NCBI GenBank assembly: GCA_963712005.1
Contig: CAVQGK010000024.1
Coordinates: 1,445,711-1,477,710, forward strand
Length of the DNA stretch: 32,000 nt
Direction of reading: 5' to 3'
Origin: an uncultured Chloroflexia bacterium
GTDB taxonomy: Bacteria; Chloroflexota; Ktedonobacteria; Ktedonobacterales; JADMIN01
The translations under genes and the position numbers were made by a program. The notes below the pieces were generated by a model. That model was not told where the DNA came from, did not search any database, and worked only from the letters and a program-made list of their open reading frames with translations. Of the stretch, positions 17,752 through 25,843 are shown piece after piece (positions within the stretch are counted from its first letter, which is position 1; each line of letters begins with the position of its first letter).

Positions 17752-17894
17752 CGTGGGCAATTTATGGCATGGGTGCGTATGTTCCCTGAGTAGCTTGCGG
17801 GGCTGCTCCGCCACACTCGCGGCGAGCAGGCTGGATGCGGAAAACATCTGGCGGCTTTACCCCCGACACCTGCCCTGGAGGGGAGGAACTGACG

Positions 17895-18434
17895 ATGCCA
17901 ACTGAAGCAAAGAGCGCCCTCATCGACGAGATGCAGGAGAAGCTGGAGCGGGCGCGTGGCGCTGTCCTGCTGACGACGCAGGGACTGACGGTGGCCGAGG
18001 TCACGGAGCTGCGGCGCAAGCTGCGCACGGCGGGGCTGGAGCTGCACGTCATCAAGAACACACTACTACGTATCGCGTCTGAGCGCGCGCATTATCAGGA
18101 TCTCTCGGAGCTGTTGCATGGCCAGACGGCGATTGCCCTCAGCTACGACGACGAGATCGCGGCAGCAAAAGCGATCACAGACTACCTGAAGACGGCGCGC
18201 ACCGGCAAACCGGTGACGATCAAGGCAGGTATTCTGGAACTGGCGCCGATCTCGGCCAAGCAGGTCGAGGATCTGGCGAAGATTCCGGGTAAGGACCAGT
18301 TGCGTGGCCAGGTGGTCGGAACCATTCATGGGCCGCTCAACCAGCTCTATGGCCTGTTGACCGCGCCAATGCGCGACCTGGTCAATGTGCTGGAGGCCCG
18401 CGTCCGCCAGCTTGGCGGCGAGCAGGCTGCCTAG
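17895..18434 (+). CDS. rplJ: 50S ribosomal protein L10
   Basis: MPTEAKSALIDEMQEKLERARGAVLLTTQGLTVAEVTELRRKLR... with GGAGGGGAGG upstream of ATG 17895. Confidence 0.93.
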   Translation: MPTEAKSALIDEMQEKLERARGAVLLTTQGLTVAEVTELRRKLRTAGLELHVIKNTLLRIASERAHYQDLSELLHGQTAIALSYDDEIAAAKAITDYLKTARTGKPVTIKAGILELAPISAKQVEDLAKIPGKDQLRGQVVGTIHGPLNQLYGLLTAPMRDLVNVLEARVRQLGGEQAA

Positions 18435-18556
18435 TAGCTCATAGCGCGTGTATGTCCAACTGAGCGCGGGGCGAAGAGGCCCGCAAACACAACGAGAACA
18501 ACAGTATTGAGCGTGAGGTCGAGACGAGGCCGTCGCGCTGAAAGGAAGAAATCACC

Positions 18557-18952
18557 ATGGCCGTTGATGTGGAGAAGATTATCGACCAGCTCGATAGCAT
18601 GAGCGTGCTCGATCTGGTCAAGCTGAGCCAGGCCTTGCAGGAGAAGTGGGGCGTGAGCGCGGCGCCAGTGATGGCCGCTGGCATGATGCCCGCCGCCGGT
18701 GGCGCCGGAGCCGCTGAGGCTGCCCCCGCCGCCGAGGAGCAGTCTGAGTTCGACGTGATGCTGACGGAGATCGGCCCGAACAAGATCAACGTCATCAAGG
18801 CAGTGCGCGAGCTGACCGGTCTGGGCCTGAAAGAGGCAAAGGACGTCGTCGAGGCCGCCCCGAAGGCTGTCAAAGAGGGTGTCTCGAAGGACGAGGCTGC
18901 CGCCGCCAAGGCCAAGCTCGAAGAGGCTGGCGCGAAGGCCGACGTCAAGTAA
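18557..18952 (+). CDS. rplL: 50S ribosomal protein L7/L12
   Basis: It has an N-terminal dimerisation helix, an Ala/Gly/Pro hinge, and the C-terminal [27 protein letters not shown]. Confidence 0.95.
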   Translation: MAVDVEKIIDQLDSMSVLDLVKLSQALQEKWGVSAAPVMAAGMMPAAGGAGAAEAAPAAEEQSEFDVMLTEIGPNKINVIKAVRELTGLGLKEAKDVVEAAPKAVKEGVSKDEAAAAKAKLEEAGAKADVK

Positions 18953-19150
18953 CGGCGCAGCCCTTGCACGGCAAACACATATCCCCGGTGGGAACGCTTA
19001 TCGGCGCTGCCATCGGGGATTGCCGTATGTGGCGCCGATCCAGACAGTCTCCGCCTATTGCCATCGTAGATGTCTCATCGCTGTACAATGGCGCGATAGA
19101 CGGAGTATCATGAAGCAACGAAGCGATTGGCAGTGAAATCACGGAGCTTC

Positions 19151-19936
19151 ATGATGGTGGACATGCTATCCACACGGTTCAGACGCTGGCAACTTGTCGG
19201 TGGCATTGGAATGGTCATCGTCTTGTTGCTGGCCGCTGGCGCTATTTTCGTCCACCAACATCAAGCGCAGTTGGTTACGCAGACAAGCGCGACGGCAGAT
19301 TTATGCGCACCAAAGAGCGATGCCACCATCACCACTTCAATAATTCCTCCAGACATCACTCTGCCCGTAACAATCCCTCCTGGTGAGCCGCATGTTGTCG
19401 CCATAGTAAATGGCGATCCTCTCTATGCAGAGGGACTTGAGGAGCGGGTCGAAGGGACGATTGCGAACCAGCATGAAGCGCTACGGCAGGCGCCACAGAC
19501 GCTGCCTCCGAACATCCAGGTGTCTTTGGATCGGACACCCAATCAGATTCGCCACGACGCGCTCACACGGATGATTCAGGAATGCCTGCTGTTGCAGGAG
19601 GGGAAGCGCCTTGGCCTGACAGCCTCAATAGCCAGCGCACAGGCAATGGCTCGCCAGCAACTTCAGCTCATCCATTCGTTGCCAACCTCCGACCAGGCGC
19701 GGGTCAGTTTCGAGGCGTACCTGAGCGTGAATCATCTGACCGAGCAATCGTTTCTGACCAATCCTGACATCCTGGCAGGCTACAGGAATGTCCTGACGAT
19801 GACAGCGGTGGAACAGCACATTCGCAACGGCTTGCCACCAGGCGAGTCATCGGAGACTGGTGTCAATGCCTACATTCAGCATCTGTGGCAGACTGGACAG
19901 GTACATGTCTATTTGCCAGCACAGCTCGGTTGGTGA
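19151..19936 (+). CDS. Membrane-anchored SurA N-terminal-domain-like protein (chaperone-like; no PPIase domain seen)
   Basis: A single N-terminal TM (WQLVGGIGMVIVLLLAAGAIFV) is followed by VAIVNGDPLYAEGLEERV...ALTRMIQECLLLQEGKRLGL, typical of SurA_N-type domains. The start codon is uncertain (19127, 19151 or 19163). Confidence 0.5.
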   Translation: MMVDMLSTRFRRWQLVGGIGMVIVLLLAAGAIFVHQHQAQLVTQTSATADLCAPKSDATITTSIIPPDITLPVTIPPGEPHVVAIVNGDPLYAEGLEERVEGTIANQHEALRQAPQTLPPNIQVSLDRTPNQIRHDALTRMIQECLLLQEGKRLGLTASIASAQAMARQQLQLIHSLPTSDQARVSFEAYLSVNHLTEQSFLTNPDILAGYRNVLTMTAVEQHIRNGLPPGESSETGVNAYIQHLWQTGQVHVYLPAQLGW

Positions 19937-20404
19937 ATCGCGCCACACCCCAATGCGCATAAATAGCCGAGATACCCGGCGACTTGACCTCGTCCCCTGC
20001 GACATGATACCATCCTGCTCGTGAATACCTATCATCGCCAGACGCGCCGACGCCGTCATGGGGTCGCGCGTCTCACCCTCCTGTGCAGGCCAACCAAAAA
20101 CAGCTGATCGGCCGCGTAAGCCCGGCGCATTTGCTTACGCGGCGAGGTGAGGACGATGCGCCACTGCTCGTTTTCCGCGATTCATGCCCGCTGCATGGCG
20201 CGGAAATAGTGGCGTTGCCTGTGATGATTCCTCACTTTGCCCCTTCCGCCTGCGGATTTGCACCGTAGCAAGCACATCCTCCTCTGCCGGGAAGCACGCT
20301 CTCCAACGTATCTATTGCCCTGCCCGCATGCCCTCGCACATGCCGCTGCCCGCGAAGACTATCTTCGCCGGGGCAGCTTCCCGGGAAATGAGAGTATTGC
20401 CGCT

Positions 20405-21697
20405 ATGAGCCTGCCAACCGTTCCATCTGTCTCGGCTACCGCCGAACCGCCTGCCATCGAGATAGCCGCGCTCGCAACTCAGCGCCGCTGGGCCATCGCG
20501 TTCGGCCTCTATACCGCCGCGACCAGTCTCACCTTCACCCAGGGAGTCTGGGTCGTCTATCTCGCGCTGCACGGCTTCTCGCCGCTCGCCATTGGCCTCT
20601 TCGAGACCTGCTTTCATCTCGCCAAGTTTCTCGCCGAGGCGCCAACGGGCATCTTCGCCGATCTGATGGGAAGGCGGCTAAGCCTCATCATCTCAGCGCT
20701 GCTGGTGGTGGGGGCGGAGCTGCTCTTTCTCGCGCCCACGCCCGCGATGATTGCCGCCAGTTTCACCATTCAGGGCGTGGCGTTTGCCTTCCGTGGCGGC
20801 GCGGATAGCGCGCTCCTCTGGACAATGGTCGAGCGCTCCGGCGATCAAAAGCTGGCAGCGCGCTTCAGCCGTCTCTTCAGCAGGATGTTTGTCATCATGC
20901 TGGTGACGCAAACGGCGGGCCTGGCGGCTGGTGGCTTCCTGCTCGGCTACGGGCAGGCGCTTCCGTTCATCTTTACCAGCCTGGCTTCGGCGCTGGCGAT
21001 CATCCCCTTGCTGTCGCTACCGGAGCAACGCATCCAGAAGGCGAACCGCCCGCATCCGCTGGCGCATCTTCGCGAGGGGTTTCGCGCGGTGGGGCGCGAT
21101 CCGGTGCTGCTGGGACTGCTGCTATTCTCCGGGCTCACGGCGGGCGTCATGACAACCATCGGCTACTACACACAGTTGTACTACCACAGCATCGGCTTCT
21201 CGCTAGCCGCCATCGGCCTGTTGCTGGCGATCCCGGTCGTGCCGGATGCGCTGTTCGCCGCCGCCGCGCCGCGAATCATGCGCTGGCTGCCGCGCCGCTG
21301 GGTGCTGGCGATCTTCGTCGGCGCGCAGATGCTCGGGCTGCTGGCGCTGGCGACGCGCGTATCCGTTTTAGCGCTCGTCGGCTACCTGGGTCTGCTACAC
21401 GTCGGCGACTCGGTGCTCTACCCCGCCATCAGCACGTATCTGAACGAGCGCAGCCCCGAGGCCCAGCGCGCGACGGTGCTCTCGCTGGAGACAGGCCTCT
21501 TCAGCGCCATCATGATCGTGCTGTTCCCACTCTTCGGCTTCGGCCTGACACGCATCGACTTCAGCGTCGCCTACCTGTGGACGCTCGTGGCGCTCCTCCT
21601 CGGCACCGTCGGCATCGTGGCGCTGGTATGGGCGCTCCGGCGACGGCGGAAGGATGGCTCAGCTTTTATTGAGGCAGGGGACGACCAGATGGAGTAA
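20405..21697 (+). CDS. MFS transporter
   Basis: About 12 TM helices and the TM2-3 loop motif GIFADLMGRRLSL. ATG 20405 is preferred to the upstream extension at 20237. Confidence 0.8.
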   Translation: MSLPTVPSVSATAEPPAIEIAALATQRRWAIAFGLYTAATSLTFTQGVWVVYLALHGFSPLAIGLFETCFHLAKFLAEAPTGIFADLMGRRLSLIISALLVVGAELLFLAPTPAMIAASFTIQGVAFAFRGGADSALLWTMVERSGDQKLAARFSRLFSRMFVIMLVTQTAGLAAGGFLLGYGQALPFIFTSLASALAIIPLLSLPEQRIQKANRPHPLAHLREGFRAVGRDPVLLGLLLFSGLTAGVMTTIGYYTQLYYHSIGFSLAAIGLLLAIPVVPDALFAAAAPRIMRWLPRRWVLAIFVGAQMLGLLALATRVSVLALVGYLGLLHVGDSVLYPAISTYLNERSPEAQRATVLSLETGLFSAIMIVLFPLFGFGLTRIDFSVAYLWTLVALLLGTVGIVALVWALRRRRKDGSAFIEAGDDQME

Positions 21698-21705
21698 CAT
21701 GCAGC

Positions 21706-21734
21706 TTAGGATACGGCCTGCCCTGTCTTACAAT
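21706..21734 (+). promoter_or_regulatory. Candidate promoter for hicAB
   Basis: TTAGGA (21706-21711), a 17-nt spacer, then TACAAT (21729-21734), 20 nt upstream of the hicA ATG. Confidence 0.3.
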
Positions 21735-21754
21735 AAGGGCGCTCAGGGGAATCC

Positions 21755-21969
21755 ATGCCAAGAAAGATACGTCAATTGAAGGCAGATCTCCGCAAAGCGG
21801 GATTTGTCGAGCGCCCAGGCAAAGGGAGTCATACCAACTGGGCGCACCCACTGTTACCAGCGGCGTGACGCTATCTGGCCACGATGGCGACGACGCCAAG
21901 CCCTACCAGGAACGTGACGTGCGTGAGGCATTGCAGAAACTCCGAGATGCACAAGGGAGGCAACCATGA
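21755..21969 (+). pseudogene. hicA: HicA-family toxin, frameshifted around 21860-21866
   Basis: Frame A (21755-21868) reads MPRKIRQLKADLRKAGFVERPGKGSHTNWAHPLLPAA*. Frame B (21865-21969) reads VTLSGHDGDDAKPYQERDVREALQKLRDAQGRQP*. Joined, they give a full-length HicA, and the end overlaps the hicB ATG (ATGA). Confidence 0.7.
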
Positions 21970-22202
21970 GTGACCAGAACAACCAGAATCGCCAGATTCC
22001 GCACTACTCCATGGTCATCGAATGGTCAGATGCCGATGATGCCTTCATTGTCTCCGTTCCTGAATTTCCAGGCCAACATACCCATGGCGCAACCTATGAA
22101 GAAGCCGTCAGGCAGGGGCGAGACTTGATCGACTCCCTCATCATGTGGACTCTGCAAGATGGCAACCCGTTACCACAGCCGCGGGTCTATGCGACACCGT
22201 GA
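21966..22202 (+). CDS. hicB: HicB-family antitoxin (short form)
   Basis: YSMVIEWSDADDAFIVSVPEFPGQHTHGATYEEAVRQGRDLIDSLI...GNPLPQP is a typical HicB N-terminal domain. Confidence 0.75.
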   Translation: MSDQNNQNRQIPHYSMVIEWSDADDAFIVSVPEFPGQHTHGATYEEAVRQGRDLIDSLIMWTLQDGNPLPQPRVYATP

Positions 22203-22262
22203 TAGCTTCTCAATGTACACCACGGCCATGTGCCTTTTCTACGTTTTCAGGGTATTGCCCAG

Positions 22263-22345
22263 ACGTAGACATTCGTGGCGCTCTTGCTCGGCAGCGTCGG
22301 AATCGTCGCACTGGTCTGGGCGCTCTAGCGGAGGAAGGGGTAGCT
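22263..22345 (+). pseudogene. Orphan remnant of an MFS-gene 3' end, a diverged duplicate of 21575-21660
   Basis: It reads T*TFVALLLGSVGIVALVWAL*, against LWTLVALLLGTVGIVALVWALRRRRKDG in the intact gene. By hand alignment 50 of 63 nt are identical, and most differences are synonymous. Confidence 0.55.
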
Positions 22346-22751
22346 ATGGCTGAGGCGACGATGTTACCAATGGCTCACCGTCCGCTGCATCGGCGTCTTC
22401 GGCTTTGTCAGTTGGATGTGTGAGATCACCGAGAGTCAGCGGAACGCGTTGATCGCCAAACACGCCAATCAGTTCGAGGCGTCCGCCCATCGCTTCGAGA
22501 TAACGGACGAGTGTCGAGATGTAGAGTTCGGCCTGATGTTCGATGCGCGAGATTTGCGATTGCGGCACATCCAGCGCCTCGGCCAGTTGGGCTTGTGTGA
22601 AGGCTCTGGCGCGGCGCAGTTCAGCGAGTGATTGCTCGTAAGCAGCCTGTTCGTCCTCTGACTCGTGGCGACTCGCCTCCACCCGACGCCGACGCTCGGG
22701 GTCACGATCCGCCGCGCCCCGAATCTCCTTCCATGGGCGATGTCCAGCCAT
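22344..22751 (-). CDS. XRE-family HTH antitoxin (HigA-like)
   Basis: The HTH is FTQAQLAEALDVPQSQISRIEHQ. It lies directly downstream of the toxin ORF on the same strand. The ATG at 22751 gives MAGHRPWKEI.... Confidence 0.75.
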   Translation of the reverse strand: MAGHRPWKEIRGAADRDPERRRRVEASRHESEDEQAAYEQSLAELRRARAFTQAQLAEALDVPQSQISRIEHQAELYISTLVRYLEAMGGRLELIGVFGDQRVPLTLGDLTHPTDKAEDADAADGEPLVTSSPQP

Positions 22752-22783
22752 GTGTTGCTCTCCTTTATGTATCAACATAATCT

Positions 22784-23143
22784 CTACATCAGACCTTCCG
22801 CACGCAATTCCTCAAGATACCTGTCATAAAGCTGGTCAGCCTGGGGAATAGCTGTGCGATACCACTCTACCCACCGCCCGGTTTTGCCTCCCCCAAGCAG
22901 CAAGATCGCTGTGCGGCGAGGATCAAAGGCAAACAGAACGCGCAACTGACCTTCAGCGCTCACACGAAGTTCTTTCATCTGTGGAGCATGACGCGAGCTT
23001 TGTATCGCACCAACTGTTGGTCGCTTCAGATTTGGCCCGTGCAACTCCAACAACTCGATGCGCCCGGCGAGCACGTCTTGCTGCTCCGGTGTCAGCGCGT
23101 TATACCACGACGCAAATTCATCTGTGCCTTCCACGCTCCACAT
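22784..23143 (-). CDS. RelE/ParE-superfamily toxin, HigB/Gp49-like (toxin-first module)
   Basis: A 119-aa protein with EFASWYNALTPEQQDVLAGRIELLELHGPNLKRP...MKELRV...LRVLFAFDPRRTAILLLGGGKTG...WY. This resembles the Gp49/HigB pattern. It ends 32 nt before the preferred HTH-gene ATG (22751). Confidence 0.7.
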   Translation of the reverse strand: MWSVEGTDEFASWYNALTPEQQDVLAGRIELLELHGPNLKRPTVGAIQSSRHAPQMKELRVSAEGQLRVLFAFDPRRTAILLLGGGKTGRWVEWYRTAIPQADQLYDRYLEELRAEGLM

Positions 23144-23152
23144 GGCAACAGC

Positions 23153-23168
23153 ATAACATAGGTGTTAT
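23153..23168. promoter_or_regulatory. Palindromic operator candidate upstream of the HigB-like toxin
   Basis: ATAACA-TAGG-TGTTAT is a perfect 6-bp inverted repeat, 10 nt upstream of the toxin start and next to the AT-rich TATATA. Confidence 0.35.
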
Positions 23169-23305
23169 ATATCACGCGAGGCATATCCGGGATAAATCAG
23201 GGTGAGGATCCTACACGCGGAATACTATGTATGCGCCATATATGCGAAACATGCGGTTTTGGAGACCGCTGCTCTGTTTATTGTTGCTCATCCCTACCAG
23301 CAAGG

Positions 23306-23941
23306 TCATATGCGGCGACAATCACACATCAGCGCCATTAGCGTCTCGCGCGCGAGTTTCAGGCCGGGCTTCTCGTGAAGAGTCTTCTCATCGGGCAACA
23401 CGTCTTCCAGCGTCACGGTGAAGCCGCACTCCGTCAGCGTCGTCTGGTACGCCTCGGCGGAGCGGCGGGCGACCGGCAGGCGCAGTCCCTCGGCGCTGGG
23501 CATCGCGAAGAGGCCACGGCCAAAATCGGTGAGCGCGCCACGCTTCGCCAGGCCATATACCAGCGCCGGATGCACGACCGTCGCCAGCAGTCGGCCACCT
23601 GGCGCCAGCACGCGGTGGCATTCTTGCGCGGCATGGTGGAGTGCGCTCAATGGCAACTCGTTGAAGAGCATCGTCGCCAGAATCAGATCGAAGCTGCCAT
23701 CCGCAAATGGCAGGGCATCCTGTACGTCGAGGGTGAGATACTCGGCATTCTCGATGGGAAATGTGGAGCGTGCGATATCGACGAGCGCCTGCGCCTGGTC
23801 GCTGATGACGAGCCGGGCGGGCGTCTGGCCGGAGTAGCGCCGCAGCATGAGTGGCGCAAAGTAGCCGTTGCCCGCGCCCAGCTCCAGAATGGCCCGCCCC
23901 TCGATACGGCCAATCCTGTCGAGCAGCAGATCGTTCAGCAC
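23306..23941 (-). CDS. Class I SAM-dependent methyltransferase
   Basis: Motif I is ILELGAGNGYF, with post-I and motif II-like LDVQD...FDLILATMLFNELP. The first canonical start is GTG 23941, but the frame stays open to 24021. Confidence 0.8.
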   Translation of the reverse strand: MLNDLLLDRIGRIEGRAILELGAGNGYFAPLMLRRYSGQTPARLVISDQAQALVDIARSTFPIENAEYLTLDVQDALPFADGSFDLILATMLFNELPLSALHHAAQECHRVLAPGGRLLATVVHPALVYGLAKRGALTDFGRGLFAMPSAEGLRLPVARRSAEAYQTTLTECGFTVTLEDVLPDEKTLHEKPGLKLARETLMALMCDCRRI

Positions 23942-24129
23942 GTAGCGCTTGAATGCGCCGCCGTGATAGCCAGCGACACGGTGCCACTGCTTCGCGATGC
24001 CGTTATAGTATGCTGTGCGCGCTATAGTCGTCTATCCTTCCGATGGAATGACTCAGCCCAGCGGGACGACCGCTGGTACGCCAAAGCATACCAGCGGAAT
24101 TGCGCTGCTATCCAGCGGCAAGAAGCAAT

Positions 24130-24435
24130 CTAGTCGCCCAGCAGCTTGGCTGCCAGCACATCAACCTGCTCGATGCTGGGCGGCTGGGCCAGCAGATCGG
24201 ATGCCTGCGCCATCAGCGCCGCCGCGACCCGCCCGGTCAGGTGCGCCTGGCGTCCCGCCTCATCGGGGAACGCGTCGAAGATGCCAAACGTGGATGGCCC
24301 CATCCGAATGGCGAACCATGCGGTCGTCGCAGGCTCTTCCTGCACGATGGGCAGACCGCCCTTGAGGAAATTCTCGACATCAGCCTCTTTGCCCGGCTTC
24401 GCTTCCAGCCGCACCAGCAATGCCACCGTCACCAT
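24130..24435 (-). CDS. ABM-domain (antibiotic biosynthesis monooxygenase-like / YgiN-like) protein
   Basis: A 101-aa protein with a ferredoxin-like pattern: VALLVRLEAKPGKEADVENFL...WFAIRMGPSTFGIFDAFPDEAGRQAHL. Confidence 0.65.
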   Translation of the reverse strand: MVTVALLVRLEAKPGKEADVENFLKGGLPIVQEEPATTAWFAIRMGPSTFGIFDAFPDEAGRQAHLTGRVAAALMAQASDLLAQPPSIEQVDVLAAKLLGD

Positions 24436-24629
24436 CTTGCTTCTCCTTCTCCGTGGCGCTCGATAGAACTACTCCGCGTACGTATCCTGCGCGGGATGAT
24501 AGCGCCAGTTCGCCAGACATGCCAGAAATATACCAGCGCTCTCAGGGACGCACTTCTGCTATACTGCGCCTGCAATACGATACGGCGGCGCGATACAGCG
24601 GCGCCCTCATCTTCCACAGGAGCTGCGTG

Positions 24630-25736
24630 ATGGAGAATGGCACAGCGCGACGCGACGAGGCTCAGTTGAAACTGGCGCAACTGCGCGCCCTGATGGCGTC
24701 CCGCGAACTGGACGCTATCCTGCTGGAGCAGACCCCGAACGTCGCCTGGCTCATCGCTGGGGCGGAAACCGCCATCAACATCGCGGCGGATCGCGGCCCA
24801 CTCGCGCTGCTGGTGACGCCGGAGCGCGCCCGTGTCGTTACCGATGGCGTCGAGGCGCCACGGCTCGAAGCGGAAGAAGGACTGATAGACCTCGGCTTCG
24901 AGCTGGCCGTCGAGCCGTGGCACCGGCGTGGCGCGGTCATCGCGGATCTGCGGGCACGCAGGCGGGTTGGCAGTGACGACGAGCGCGACGCCATGACCGT
25001 TGCGCCAGATATTCAGCGGCTGCGCACGACACTGCAACCCAGCGAGGTCGGGCGGCTGCGGCATGCCTGCCTGTTGGCTGCCGACGTGCTGCGTGAGGTC
25101 ATCGCCCAGGTAACTCCCGGCATGACCGAGCATGCGATAGCCGGGATGATCGATGGGGCATCGCGCGCGCGTGGCGGCATCGCGGTTGTCACGCTGGTCG
25201 GCAGCGACGAGCGCATCGCCGCCTATCGCCATCCTCTACCCACCGGGAAGGCCATCGAGCGATACGTGATGCTGGTGCTGTGCCTGCGCTGGCGCGGATT
25301 GGTCGCCGCCACAACGCGGCTGGTACACTTTGGCGCGCTGCCGGACGATCTGGAGACGCGGGCGCACGCCATCGCGGCGGTAGATGCGCGCATGATTCAG
25401 GGCACCCAGGCTGGCCGCACACTCGCCGAGCAGTGGCAGTTGGCGGCGCGGGCCTACCACGCCGCAGGGTATCCTGAAGCCATCGAGGAACATCATCAGG
25501 GCGGCAGCATCGGCTACCTTACCCGCGAGCGGCTGGCGACGCCGGACGACGCCACGCCCATGGAGGTGTCGCAGGCCTTCGCCTGGAATCCCTCGGTACG
25601 CGGCGTCAAGTCTGAGGATACGATTCTGCTGACCGCCGGAGGTCCAGAGGCGCTGACGGCCATGCCAGAGTGGCCGATGTGGGATATCACGCTCGACGGC
25701 CAGCGCTGGCAGCGCCCCGCCATCCTGATACGATGA
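24630..25736 (+). CDS. M24-family metallopeptidase (Xaa-Pro peptidase/creatinase-like)
   Basis: An N-terminal creatinase-like region (LRALMASRELDAILLEQTPNVAWL) is followed by a pita-bread domain (HHQGGSIGY, NPSVRGVKSEDTILL). ACAGGAG lies upstream of ATG 24630. Confidence 0.8.
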   Translation: MENGTARRDEAQLKLAQLRALMASRELDAILLEQTPNVAWLIAGAETAINIAADRGPLALLVTPERARVVTDGVEAPRLEAEEGLIDLGFELAVEPWHRRGAVIADLRARRRVGSDDERDAMTVAPDIQRLRTTLQPSEVGRLRHACLLAADVLREVIAQVTPGMTEHAIAGMIDGASRARGGIAVVTLVGSDERIAAYRHPLPTGKAIERYVMLVLCLRWRGLVAATTRLVHFGALPDDLETRAHAIAAVDARMIQGTQAGRTLAEQWQLAARAYHAAGYPEAIEEHHQGGSIGYLTRERLATPDDATPMEVSQAFAWNPSVRGVKSEDTILLTAGGPEALTAMPEWPMWDITLDGQRWQRPAILIR

Positions 25737-25756
25737 AACAGACGGGCCTTGAGAAG

Positions 25757-25786
25757 TTGACGTTGACGCTCACCCCATTGTACACT
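25757..25786 (+). promoter_or_regulatory. Candidate promoter for the glycosyltransferase gene
   Basis: TTGACG (25757-25762), an 18-nt spacer, then TACACT (25781-25786). Confidence 0.25.
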
Positions 25787-25843
25787 TGCGCAAAAGGCAG
25801 GAGAACGGTTCGGCAACCGTGAAGTAAAGTTGGAGAAACCTCA

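Noticed and set aside
16651-17847. A 398-codon minus-strand ORF
   Set aside because: It is antisense to rplA and the rplJ leader. It has no recognisable motifs and a biased Arg/Ala/Leu composition, so it is a shadow ORF.
20060-20400. A possible riboswitch or gene fragment upstream of the MFS transporter (hairpin GCGTAAGC...GCTTACGC around 20113-20140)
   Set aside because: No match to riboswitch cores I know (for example the guanidine or ykkC type). Translations in all frames gave nothing recognisable.
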